Assembly: GCA_026002975.1 (NCBI GenBank)
Contig: BPGJ01000005.1
Coordinates: forward strand, 74,693 to 138,692
Length of the DNA: 64,000 nucleotides
DNA from: Acidimicrobiia bacterium
Lineage (GTDB): Bacteria > Actinomycetota > Acidimicrobiia > Spongiisociales > ZC4RG35
Direction of reading: 5' to 3'
The stretch's first letter is position 1. Every line of letters starts with the position of its first letter. The translations under genes and the position numbers were made by a program. This document shows, in pieces, positions 28,134-38,464 of this stretch. The notes beneath the pieces were generated by a model that saw only the letters and a list, made by a program, of their open reading frames with translations, ran no database searches and had not been told where the DNA came from.

Positions 28134-29461
28134 ACTCGGCCGAACAGCCGTTCCACCGCTCCGATGCAGTCGGGCATCGCGAAGAAGATGACCCGGTCAC
28201 CCGCCTGCACCACCGTGCTCCCGGATGGGACCAGGGTTTGCCCGTTCCTGAGGATCCCGCCGACCACCGCCCCTCTCGGCATACCCAGCTCGAGCAGCGT
28301 ACGCCCCACCGCCGGCGAGCCCGAGTCGACTTCCAGCTCGATCGCCTCGGCGTCGGTGTCCTTGAAGGTGACCACCGAGTGGATCCTTCCCCGCCGCACG
28401 AAACGGAGTATCGCCCCGGCTGCGATCAGCCGGCTGGAGACCGCCGCGTCGATCCCGACCCCGGAGAGGAGGTTGACGTATTCGATGCGGTTGAAACGGG
28501 CGACGGTGGTGGAGGCGCCCAGCGCCTTGCCCACCAGGCAACCGAGGATGTTGACCTCGTCCCATCCGGTGAGGGCGAGGATGGCGTCGCTCTCGTCGAG
28601 ATGCAGGTTCCCCAACGTGGTGGGATTGGTCGGATCGTCGCAGATCACCAGGGCTTTGGCCAGGTGTGCCGCCAGCTTCGAGCAGCGTCGGCGATCCTGA
28701 TCGACCATGACGACTTCGAAACCCTCCTCGAGGAGGAGCGCGGCGGTTAGTTCGGCCAGCCGGGTCGAGCCCAGCACCACCACCCGCCGGATCGTGTGGT
28801 GGCGAACCCCGAGGAGCTGGATGGCTCTGTCAACGTCGGTGGTCTTCACCATGACCAGCACGTGATCGCCCGCCTCGATCGCGGTGTCGCCGTGGGCGAC
28901 GATGGTCATGCCGTGCCGCACCACCGCTGCCACGATCCACGGCCAGTCGGTCGACCTGCGTAGATCCCCCAGGTGGGAACCGACCAGCCGCGACGTCTGG
29001 GTGACGGTGGCTCCGACCAGGGTTAGGCGCCCCCCGGCGAACTCGACCAGCTCGGATACCCCACTTCGACGTACCAGGGTGACCAGCTCGTGGGACGCGG
29101 CTTCGCCCGGGTCGATCACGAAGTCGACCTCGAGGCCGGCCAATGCTTCTCTCATGTCCGGGTCTTCCACCCGGGCTACGGTCCTCTTGACCCCCAGCTC
29201 GGCCGCCACGTGGCAGGCCAGCACGTTGGCTCCGTCGGAGTTGGAAACCGCGATGAGGAGATCCGCCTTGTCGACACCCGCCGCTTCCAGCACGGTGGGG
29301 CTGGCTCCGTTCCCGGTGATCACCAGGGCGTCCAGGCGGTCCTGGAGCTCAGCTGCCCGTTCCTCGTCGTCCTCGATGACGATGACGTCCTGACCCTCCG
29401 AGGAGAGACGCTCGGCCAGGTAGGAGCCGACCGCGCCGGCGCCGACGATGACGATTCGCAT
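28130..29461 (-). CDS. trkA: Trk system NAD-binding protein TrkA, tandem (N-C-N-C) form, 443 aa
   Basis: ATG 29461 'MRIVIVGAGAVGSYLAERL'; second Rossmann fold 'RRVVVLGSTRLAELTA'. The track ORF start at 29641 would overlap the moxR promoter side and is unlikely. Confidence 0.88.
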   Translation of the reverse strand: MRIVIVGAGAVGSYLAERLSSEGQDVIVIEDDEERAAELQDRLDALVITGNGASPTVLEAAGVDKADLLIAVSNSDGANVLACHVAAELGVKRTVARVEDPDMREALAGLEVDFVIDPGEAASHELVTLVRRSGVSELVEFAGGRLTLVGATVTQTSRLVGSHLGDLRRSTDWPWIVAAVVRHGMTIVAHGDTAIEAGDHVLVMVKTTDVDRAIQLLGVRHHTIRRVVVLGSTRLAELTAALLLEEGFEVVMVDQDRRRCSKLAAHLAKALVICDDPTNPTTLGNLHLDESDAILALTGWDEVNILGCLVGKALGASTTVARFNRIEYVNLLSGVGIDAAVSSRLIAAGAILRFVRRGRIHSVVTFKDTDAEAIELEVDSGSPAVGRTLLELGMPRGAVVGGILRNGQTLVPSGSTVVQAGDRVIFFAMPDCIGAVERLFGRV

Positions 29462-29550
29462 AGGGGATCCGAAACTAGGAGGCCTGGAGACCGTTAGGAT
29501 ACAGCGGGTTCTCGTTCCCCGTCTCGTCGAAACTCGGAGAGAGCTTCCAT

Positions 29551-30414
29551 ATGACCGAACCGTTCCAATCGCCTGCCGCCGTCGCCGATGCCCTGCGGTC
29601 CGTCGGATATCTCCCCGATCCCCGGATCGCGCAGGTCGCATTTCTCGCCCATCGGCTGGGCAAACCGATCCTGGTGGAGGGCCCCGCCGGGGTGGGAAAG
29701 ACCGAACTCGCCAAGTCCCTCGCCCGTATCACGCAACGGAAGCTGATCCGTCTCCAGTGCTACGAAGGACTCGACGAGGCCAGGGCACTGTACGAGTGGA
29801 ACTACAAGAAGCAGCTCCTCCGCATCCAGGCCGACCGGGACCACGACTGGTCGGAGATCGAAGGTGACATCTTCAGCGAGGAGTTCCTGCTGGCCAGGCC
29901 GCTGCTCCAGGCGATCATGTCCGAAGACCCGGTGGTGCTCCTGGTCGACGAGATAGACCGGGTGGAGATGGAAACCGAGGCGCTGCTGCTCGAGGTGCTG
30001 TCCGACTTCCAGGTCTCCATCCCCGAGTTGGGGACCATTTCGGCCACCACCACGCCGATGGTGGTGCTCACCTCCAACAACACCCGGGAGCTGTCCGAAG
30101 CCCTCAAACGCCGGTGCCTGTTCCTGCACATCTCCTATCCGACCCCGGAGCGGGAGAAGGAGATCCTCCTCACCCGGGTGCCCGACCTCCCCGAGCGTCT
30201 GGCGGAACAGATCGCCCGGGTGGCCCGCTCGGTCAGGCAGATGGATCTTCGGAAGCACCCGTCGGTGTCGGAGACGATCGACTGGGCCAGGACCCTGCTC
30301 GCCCTCGGTGTCGAGAGCGTCGACGGGCAGGTGGTGAGCGACACCATCCACGTGCTGCTCAAATACCAGACCGACATCGACCGGGCTCTGAAAGAGCTAG
30401 AGCCGCAGACGTGA
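29551..30414 (+). CDS. MoxR-family AAA+ ATPase (CoxD-like)
   Basis: 287 aa; Walker A 'EGPAGVGKTELA', Walker B 'LLVDEIDR', 'VLTSNNTRELSEALKRRC'. Confidence 0.88.
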   Translation: MTEPFQSPAAVADALRSVGYLPDPRIAQVAFLAHRLGKPILVEGPAGVGKTELAKSLARITQRKLIRLQCYEGLDEARALYEWNYKKQLLRIQADRDHDWSEIEGDIFSEEFLLARPLLQAIMSEDPVVLLVDEIDRVEMETEALLLEVLSDFQVSIPELGTISATTTPMVVLTSNNTRELSEALKRRCLFLHISYPTPEREKEILLTRVPDLPERLAEQIARVARSVRQMDLRKHPSVSETIDWARTLLALGVESVDGQVVSDTIHVLLKYQTDIDRALKELEPQT

Positions 30415-31866
30415 TCTCGGTCCTCACCGGTTTCGTCGACGAGCTGCGCCGGGCCGGTGTTCCGGTGTCGATGGTCGAGGCGATCGACGCCATGGAAGCC
30501 GTCGGCCACGTGGACCTGGGAGACCGCTCCGCCCTCAAGGAGACCCTGCGAGCCACCCTGATCAAGAACTCCCGGCACGAGGACGCCTTCGAGGTGGCCT
30601 TCGAGGTGTATTTCGCTCTTCGCAGACGGGAGGGGGATCGGCCCTCGACGACTCCGGTAGCAGGGGAGCAGACCGGCTCCGGAGGCGCCCCGGGAGGCCA
30701 GAACCGACCTGGACGGGCTGGTCGACGCCCTGTTCCGAGCGTTGGCCGCCCAGGACTTCTCGGCGCTGAGGCACCTGGCGGGGGAGGCGGTGGAGCGACT
30801 GTCCGGTATGGAACCGGGAAGACCGGTCGGAGGCACCTACTACCTGTACCGAACCCTGCGAAGACTCGACGTGGAGGATCTGGAGCGGCGACTCGCCGAA
30901 CTCCTCCAAGCCGACGAGACGGACCACCTGGGACGCCGGTTCGCGGTGGAGGAGGCCGCCGATCGTATCCGCCGGCTCCGGGAGGAGATCGAGGCCGAGA
31001 TCAGGAGACGCCTGGTCGAAGACCGGGGAGCCGAGGCCGTGGCCAAGACCCTGCGGGAGACCCCGGTCGAGGAGCTGGACCTGATGCACGCCACCCGTGC
31101 CGATCTGGAGAAGATCGAGCGGGTCATCGAGCCACTGACCAGGAAGCTGGCGGCCCGTCTGGCTCAGCGTCGCCGTCATCTGCGCAGAGGACGACTCGAC
31201 TTCCGTAGGACGGTGCGGGCGTCGCTGGCGGCGGGAGGTGTGCCGGTCGATCCCAGGTTCCGGACACGTCGACCCCATCGGCCCGAGATATTCCTGCTGT
31301 GCGACATCAGCGGGTCGATGGCGACCTTCGCCCGTTTCACCCTGCAGTTCACCTACGCCATGGCGGGCCAGTTCTCCCGGCTGCGGGCTTTCGTCTTCGT
31401 CGACGCCATCGACGAGGTGACCGACTACCTGAAGCCGGGAACCGACTTCGGTGATGCGCTGCGTCGGATCAGCACGGAGGCCGACGTGGTGTGGTTGGAC
31501 GGCCATTCGGACTACGGTCACGCCTTCGAGCAGTTCGTCCACCGCTACGGGAGGGAGCTGACCCCCCGGTCGACGGTGATCGTCACCGGCGACGCCCGCA
31601 ACAACTACCGGGAACCCAGGGCGGCGTACCTCGAGGAGATCGCCAGGTCGGTACAGGCTCTGTATTGGCTCAACCCGGAGCCCAAGGCGTATTGGGATTC
31701 GGGCGACTCGGTGATGTCGGTGTACGCGTCCCTGTGCGACGAGGTGTTCGAGGTGCGGAATCTCCGTCAGCTCGAACGCTTCGTCGAGCACGTGGCTACA
31801 CGGCCGGCTCGACCCCGCAGAAAAATCGGCTCAACCGAGCGGGGGGTGCTGCCGATCATCAGGTGA
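30411..31866 (+). CDS. VWA domain protein (CoxE-like), frame interrupted between 30661 and 30708
   Basis: GTG 30411 in a GTGA overlap with moxR. Frame 3 holds 'ISVLTGFVDELRRAGVPVSMVEAIDAMEAV...'. Frame 1 continues 'DLDGLVDALFRALAAQDF...LLCDISGSM...' (MIDAS DxSxS). Span is 1456 nt = 3n+1. Confidence 0.82.
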
Positions 31867-31890
31867 GCCGATCAGGAGTGTTTTGAGAGA

Positions 31891-32256
31891 GTGGGTCATC
31901 GCATACTCGTCATCGAGGATTCGGCCGTCATCCGGCGACTCATAGAGGTGTGTTTGCGGGCCGCCGACCTGGAGATCGTCATGCGGGAGGACGGACCGAG
32001 CGGCCTCGAGGCGGTGTTCAGTGAGCATCCCGACCTGTTGATCCTGGACATCGGCCTACCGCGGATGGACGGCTGGCAGGTCCTCGACCACATCCGCCGC
32101 ACCCCCGAGACCAAGGACCTGCCGGTGGTGGTGCTGACCGCCCACGCCGAGGAGGAGTCTCGTCGCAGGGCTGACGAGGGGGGTGCCGACGCGTTCGTCA
32201 CCAAGCCGTTCCAGCCCAACGACTTCCGCCAGACGGTCCTCGACCTCCTCAGCTGA
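31891..32256 (+). CDS. stand-alone response-regulator receiver domain (CheY-like)
   Basis: 121 aa; 'ILVIEDS', phospho-acceptor 'LLILDIGLP', 'VVVLTA', 'VTKPF'. No output domain. Confidence 0.88.
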   Translation: MGHRILVIEDSAVIRRLIEVCLRAADLEIVMREDGPSGLEAVFSEHPDLLILDIGLPRMDGWQVLDHIRRTPETKDLPVVVLTAHAEEESRRRADEGGADAFVTKPFQPNDFRQTVLDLLS

Positions 32257-33269
<1,013 letters not shown>

Positions 33270-33273
<4 letters not shown>

Positions 33274-34298
33274 GCCGCCACCCCCTCTCGGCAGTGTCGT
33301 GCCATCGTCTCGGCCACCTCCACCAGGCGGGCCGAATAACCCCACCCGTTGTTGAACCAGGTGATGGTCTTGACCATCACCCGATCCATGACCATGGTCG
33401 CCAGACTGTCGAACACGCCCGAATAGGTCGAGTCCCTCACGTCGGAAGACACGATCGGGTCGACCGAGTATTCGATTATCCCGGCGAACCGGCCCGCGCA
33501 CGCCGACCTGACCGCGGCGTTGACCGAGTCGACGCTGGTCGGTGTCTTCAGAAGGGCTACCAGATCGACGGTCGACCCGTCGGGCACCGGAACGTTGAGG
33601 GCCACCGCGTTGAGCCGACCCTCGAGGTGGGGGAGCACGCCGGTGAGGATCTCGACCGAGTTGGTAGAGGCCGGGATGATGTTCTCGCCGGCGGCGCGAC
33701 TCTGACGGAAACCGGCCGAGGGGACGTCGGCCAGCCTCTGGGCGTTGGTCATGGCGTGCACGGTCGTGTAGAAGGCCCGGTCGATCCCGAAGGCTTCGTC
33801 CAGGGTCTGGAGGATGGGAGCCAGGGCGTTGGAGGTGTTCGAACCGAGGGCGACGACGTTCACCTGGGGGGTGAGGACCTCGTCGTTGGTGCCCTTGAGC
33901 AGGATGGGTATGTCGCCGGGGGTCTCCGGCGTGGAGGCGAGGATGACCTTCTTCGCCCCGGCAGCCAGGTGCTTCTCACACCACTCGCGGGTGCGGTAGC
34001 TGCCGGTGGCCTGCACCACGATGTCCACCCCGAGCTCCGACCATGGAGCGTCGCCGGGCTCCTTGGCGTCCAGGAACGGGATACGCCGCCCGTCCAGGAA
34101 CAGGTTGCCGTCGGCCAGCTCGACGTGACCGGGGAAGCGGCCGTAGATCGAGTCGTATTTGAGCAGGTAGGTCAAACCCACCGGGTCGGCGATGTCGGCG
34201 ATCGCTCCGACCTCGAGGCCGGGATGCTTCCACAGCATGCGGAACACGTTCCGGCCGATCCGCCCGAAACCCATCAGACCTACACGTGTACGGCTCAT
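33270..34298 (-). CDS. GAPDH-fold paralogue lacking the catalytic cysteine
   Basis: 342 aa from ATG 34298 (GGGGAG RBS). 'LMGFGRIGRN', 'TVHAMT' and 'SRAAGENIIP' are kept, but the active-site stretch reads 'GSNTSNALAP' and 'ALNVPVP' replaces 'MRVPVP'. ATGA overlap with gap. Confidence 0.8.
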
Positions 34299-34409
34299 CC
34301 GCTCTCCCCGATCAGCTCGAGTCCCACGGTAGTCGTGTCCCGGACCCATCTTCACGACCGGTCGTCCCTGCCGTAGGGTGGGGAGGCGGCGGCGGGGAGA
34401 GGAGCCCTG

Positions 34410-34895
34410 ATGATGACCTCGCTGTCGGGAACCGTCCTGTCGCTGATCCTGTGTCTCTCGCCGCCGGTCGACGGTCCGGTCAGCTCCCGGTTCGTGCCGA
34501 CGTGGGACGGCGGCCACTGGGGAATCGACTTCGAAACTCCGTGGGCGTCGCCGGTTCGGGCTACCGGTTCCGGAGAGGTGACCTTCGCCGGCTCGGTGGC
34601 GGGGATGAGGAGCGTGACCATCGATCACGGCTCGATCCGAACCAGCCTTTCGTACCTGTCGGCGGTGCTGGTGTCTTCCGGCGAGTGGGTAGCCCGGGGC
34701 CAGGTCGTCGGTTTCTCCGGCCTGGCCCACGGAGCCCCGGCGGTCCACCTGTCGGTCCGCGAGGGATACAGATACCTGGATCCCCAAGCCTTTCTCTGCC
34801 GATCGCTCTACCAGGTGAGGCTGCTCCCACCCCCCTTCGGGGCTACCTATCCTGCCGGCTCGGTGCGCATGCGGAGGACCGGAAGCCCGAGATGA
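34410..34895 (+). CDS. M23/LytM-domain protein (probably degenerate active site)
   Basis: 161 aa; hydrophobic N-terminus; 'HWGIDF' (HxxxD) is present, but 'YLSAV' and 'VHLSVRE' stand where YxHL and HxH are expected. Confidence 0.7.
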   Translation: MMTSLSGTVLSLILCLSPPVDGPVSSRFVPTWDGGHWGIDFETPWASPVRATGSGEVTFAGSVAGMRSVTIDHGSIRTSLSYLSAVLVSSGEWVARGQVVGFSGLAHGAPAVHLSVREGYRYLDPQAFLCRSLYQVRLLPPPFGATYPAGSVRMRRTGSPR

Positions 34896-35482
34896 GACGA
34901 GCCATATTGGGTGGAACCTTCGACCCTCCCCACATCGCGCATCTCCTCGCCGGGGAGGCCGCCTACCGGCAGCTCGGGGTCGACGTGGTGACTTTCATTC
35001 CGGCGGGTGCTCCCTGGCAGAAGGCGGACCGGGAGGTCAGCGACTCCGTGCACCGGTGGCGGATGACCCAGCTCACGGTGGAGGGAATCCCGTATTTCGA
35101 GGCGGATCCCCGCGAGGTCGAGCGGGACGGATGGACCTACACCATCGAGACGCTGGAGTCCTTCCCCCCCGAGGAGGAGCTGTGGCTGGTGCTGGGTGCC
35201 GACGCTGCGGCGGGTCTGCCCACTTGGCATCGTTACCGGGAAGTCGTGGAGCGGGCACGCATCGCGGTGGCGCCCCGGCCGGGCACCGACCGCCGCCGGA
35301 TCGTCCAGGGCGACGCGGTGTGGCTCGACATGCCCGAGCTACCGATCAGCGGCACCGAGCTGCGCCACCGGGCCAGGGAGGGGAGGAGCATCCGGTTCCT
35401 GGTCCACGACCGGGTATGGGACTACATCTGCACCCACGGTCTCTACCGAGCGGAGACCGATAACATGGGTCCCCGTCCGTGA
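34892..35482 (+). CDS. nadD: nicotinate-nucleotide adenylyltransferase
   Basis: ATG 34892 in an ATGA overlap. 'GGTFDPPHIAHL', 'ISGTELR'. The track ORF start at 34286 is spurious. Confidence 0.9.
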   Translation: MRRAILGGTFDPPHIAHLLAGEAAYRQLGVDVVTFIPAGAPWQKADREVSDSVHRWRMTQLTVEGIPYFEADPREVERDGWTYTIETLESFPPEEELWLVLGADAAAGLPTWHRYREVVERARIAVAPRPGTDRRRIVQGDAVWLDMPELPISGTELRHRAREGRSIRFLVHDRVWDYICTHGLYRAETDNMGPRP

Positions 35483-35868
35483 CCCGAGAGGAGAACCTGC
35501 TGGAGGACACACCTACGACGACCCTGGCGAAGGCGGCGGCGGACGCGCTGGCCGACAAGAAGGGAGTCGATATCGTCCTCCTCGACGTAGGGGACCTGCT
35601 CACGATCACCGACGTGTTCGTCATCGCCACCGGGACCTCCCGTCCCCACGTCCAGGCCCTCTCCGAGCACGTAGTCGAGCGGCTGAAGGACGCAGGCCGC
35701 CGGCCCCTCCGCGACGAAGGACTGGAACAGGCCGAATGGGTACTGCTCGACTACGGCGACTTCGTGGTGCACGTGTTCCAGGACGAGCAGCGTCACTACT
35801 ACGGGCTGGAGCGGCTCTGGGGGGATGCGCCCAGGGTCGAATGGGAGCCGGTGGTGAGCGACGCCTGA
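35479..35868 (+). CDS. rsfS: ribosome silencing factor RsfS
   Basis: 129 aa; 'DKKGVDIVLLDV...TDVFVIATGTS..H..A', 'WVLLDYGDFVVHVF'. Conserved nadD-rsfS pair. Confidence 0.9.
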   Translation: MTREENLLEDTPTTTLAKAAADALADKKGVDIVLLDVGDLLTITDVFVIATGTSRPHVQALSEHVVERLKDAGRRPLRDEGLEQAEWVLLDYGDFVVHVFQDEQRHYYGLERLWGDAPRVEWEPVVSDA

Positions 35869-35894
35869 GCCGTTGGTACACTTCGGTTCCCTCC

Positions 35895-35967
<73 letters not shown>

Positions 35968-36010
35968 CTCGCTAGGTGCCTCCCACGGTTTGGGTGCCGG
36001 TGGCTTCTGC

Positions 36011-36035
36011 CCCGGGCGGCGCCAGCCCGCCCGGG
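36011..36035 (+). terminator. stem-loop downstream of tRNA-Ala
   Basis: CCCGGGCGG (36011-36019) / CCGCCCGGG (36027-36035), 7-nt loop, no U-tract. Confidence 0.4.
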
Positions 36036-36061
36036 ACGCTTCCTAGGCTGGAGGCCGACCC

Positions 36062-37281
36062 GTGGCCGTGCAGCCTTTCCCCTGGAAGCCGATCGTCTTC
36101 TTGTCCATCACGGTCATGGTGTCCTTCGGGGTGATCTTGTACGGCTTTTCGGTCTATCTCACCCGTGGGGCGGCAGGCGGCGAGTTCAGCACCGGGCTCC
36201 TCTCGGTGGCATACGGGGGATCGGTCTTGACGGGAGGGCTCCTCGCGTTCCCGGTGGGGCGGTTCGCCGATCGTCGAGGTGTGAGAGCCATCCTCGGTGT
36301 GGGATCGCCGGCGGGGAGTGCCGGACTGGCGGTCTTCTCCATCGCGGATGAACCCTGGGAGGTGCTCGCCGCCTGGTGGATCCTGATCGGCCCTGCGAGT
36401 GCCATGACCTTCTACGAACCTGCCTACGTGGCTATCGACCGGTGGTGCCGCGACGCGGATCGTCCCCGAGCGACCGCGATCCTGACCCTGGTGGGGGTCT
36501 CGCCGGCCTCGTGTTCATCCCCGGGATCGAAGCTCTGGTGGGCCGGATCGGTTGGCGCTCCACGTTGCGTCTCCTGGCGGGTCTGCTGGCGGTGGTCGGT
36601 GTCGGTACTGCCTGGTGGGTTCTGCCACCCGACACGTCGACCCACCAGAGGGCCTGGCCGGGGCGCTGGTCGCTCGCCGGGCTGGCCCGGGACCGCAGGT
36701 TCGTGCTGTACAGCGTCGGGATGGTGCTCAGCTTGTTCGCCACTCAAGGGGTGATCGCCCACCGGGTGGCCAGGTTCGAGGAGGCCGGTTTGGCCCTGGG
36801 GGTGGTCGCAGCCTGGGCCGGACTGTCGTCGCTGGCGAGCCTTCCCGGCCGGTGGCTGGGACCGATGGCGACGGTTCGGTTCAGCCCAACGGCGCTCCAA
36901 GGAACGGCGGTCGCCATCCTGGCGGTCTCGGTCGGGCTGCTCGCGGTGGGCTCGAACCGGTTCCACCTGGTCGGCCACTTCCTTCTCTTCGGTTTGGCCT
37001 TCGGGGCGGTGCTACCCCTCCGGGCGCTAGCCATGGGAAGCTGGTACTCGGGGGCCCGTTACGGCAGGGTGATGGGCGCCCAATGGACCCTGGTGGCGCT
37101 GGGTAGCGCGGCCGGTCCGGCGGCCGTCGGTTTGGCCCGTGACCGTCTCGGCGGGTACGAATGGCCGGTGGCCGGACTGGCCGCCGCGTATCTGGCCGCC
37201 TCCGGGCTGATCCTGTGGGCAGGCCGCAGCCGAGGTGCGCCGGTCAGTGGGGAGCCAGACCGAGGCGGACCGACCGACTAG
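36062..37281 (+). CDS. MFS transporter, frame interrupted at a G5 run (36493-36497)
   Basis: Frame 2 holds about 145 aa of TM helices (to '...ILTLV'). Frame 1 continues 'GGLAGLVFIPGIEALVGRIGWRS...' for the remaining helices. Span is 1220 nt = 3n+2, so one base is missing. Confidence 0.8.
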
Positions 37282-37300
37282 ACGTGAGGAAGAACACCGG

Positions 37301-37966
37301 TCACTCCGAGCCGACACGGGCCCGCCACAGAACGACCGCTCCGCCGACGACGGTCGCTGCGAGATACCAGATGGCGACACTGTGGGCGAGGGAGGGCCTG
37401 ATCGGCTCGGTCACCAGGCGAACCAGTCCGGCTCCCGCCAGGGCGGCGCCGGCAGCCACTCCCGGGTTCCTTCGGATCCTGAGCACGCCGAAGGCCGACG
37501 CCGTGAGCAGGGCTGCGGCGTACAGCTCGGTGGGGTGCCGGCCCACCGTGCTGCCCGGCAAGGTCGCCGCCCAGGGCAGGTCGGTGGCGGCGCCCAGACA
37601 GTCGGAACGGAGGAGACAGCCGGCATGCCATCCCGCCAGGCCGAAGAGGGCCGGCGGAGCCGCCGCGTCCAGCCCGCGCCACAGATCGCGGCGTAGGCTC
37701 CAGGCCAGGGCGGCGACCGAGGCGACGGAGGCCCACACGGTGTCGACCCCGCCACGTACCACGATCACGTCGCCCGGGACCGACAACGGGTTGACGCCCT
37801 GGGAGATCATGGCGGCGAGACGTCCCGTCACCAGCCCGACCAGCCCGGCTCCCAGCATCCGGTCGAACAGGTCCGCGGGAAGAGGTCTGGTGGTCCCGAT
37901 CAGGCGTATCGCCACCCAGGTCGCTCCCACTCCGACCAGCGCAGCCCCCAGGAGACCGAACTCCAT
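37301..37966 (-). CDS. Lgt-family (prolipoprotein diacylglyceryl transferase-like) membrane protein, short form
   Basis: 221-aa polytopic protein with 'GRHPTELYAA' (compare the Lgt HPTQLYE motif). The canonical N-terminal region and the GR..N.E motif are not evident. Confidence 0.6.
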   Translation of the reverse strand: MEFGLLGAALVGVGATWVAIRLIGTTRPLPADLFDRMLGAGLVGLVTGRLAAMISQGVNPLSVPGDVIVVRGGVDTVWASVASVAALAWSLRRDLWRGLDAAAPPALFGLAGWHAGCLLRSDCLGAATDLPWAATLPGSTVGRHPTELYAAALLTASAFGVLRIRRNPGVAAGAALAGAGLVRLVTEPIRPSLAHSVAIWYLAATVVGGAVVLWRARVGSE

Positions 37967-38442
37967 CAGGACCGGAGCAGCTCGTCGATCCGCAGGGCCA
38001 GGGTGCGTTCGTCGATGATCCCCATGTGGGAGTACACCAGCTCACCTCCCGGGGCGAAGAAGTAGGTGATGGGCACACCGAACCCGCCCAGGGAATCCCG
38101 GACGGCTCCCGGCGGGTCGAAGTAGTTCTCGTAGGTGATGCCGAACTCCGTCAGGAACTCGGCCGCCTCGGGTCGGGTGTCCTGGATCGCCACCCCGACG
38201 AACCTGATCTCGTTCCGGTGGATCTCGTGGGCTCTCCGCAGCAGAGGCGCCTCCGAGCGGCAGGGCAGACACCAGGACGCCCAGATGTTGACCACGACCG
38301 GACGGTCGGAGGTCCCCACCAGCCGCTCCAACTGGTCGGGGGTGATGGTCGGGAGATCCGCCGGAGGTGCCGCATCCGGCGACGGTGCCGCGCACGCCGA
38401 CGCCACCAGCAGGAGGGCGGCGACCACACGGCTACGGATCAC
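37966..38442 (-). CDS. TlpA/ResA-family thiol-disulfide oxidoreductase, probable lipoprotein
   Basis: 158 aa; 'ALLLVASAC' lipobox-like signal, thioredoxin motif 'WASWCLPC'. TGATG junction with the Lgt-like gene. Confidence 0.82.
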   Translation of the reverse strand: MIRSRVVAALLLVASACAAPSPDAAPPADLPTITPDQLERLVGTSDRPVVVNIWASWCLPCRSEAPLLRRAHEIHRNEIRFVGVAIQDTRPEAAEFLTEFGITYENYFDPPGAVRDSLGGFGVPITYFFAPGGELVYSHMGIIDERTLALRIDELLRS

Positions 38443-38464
38443 CCGCCGAGTCTACGGACCCCCG

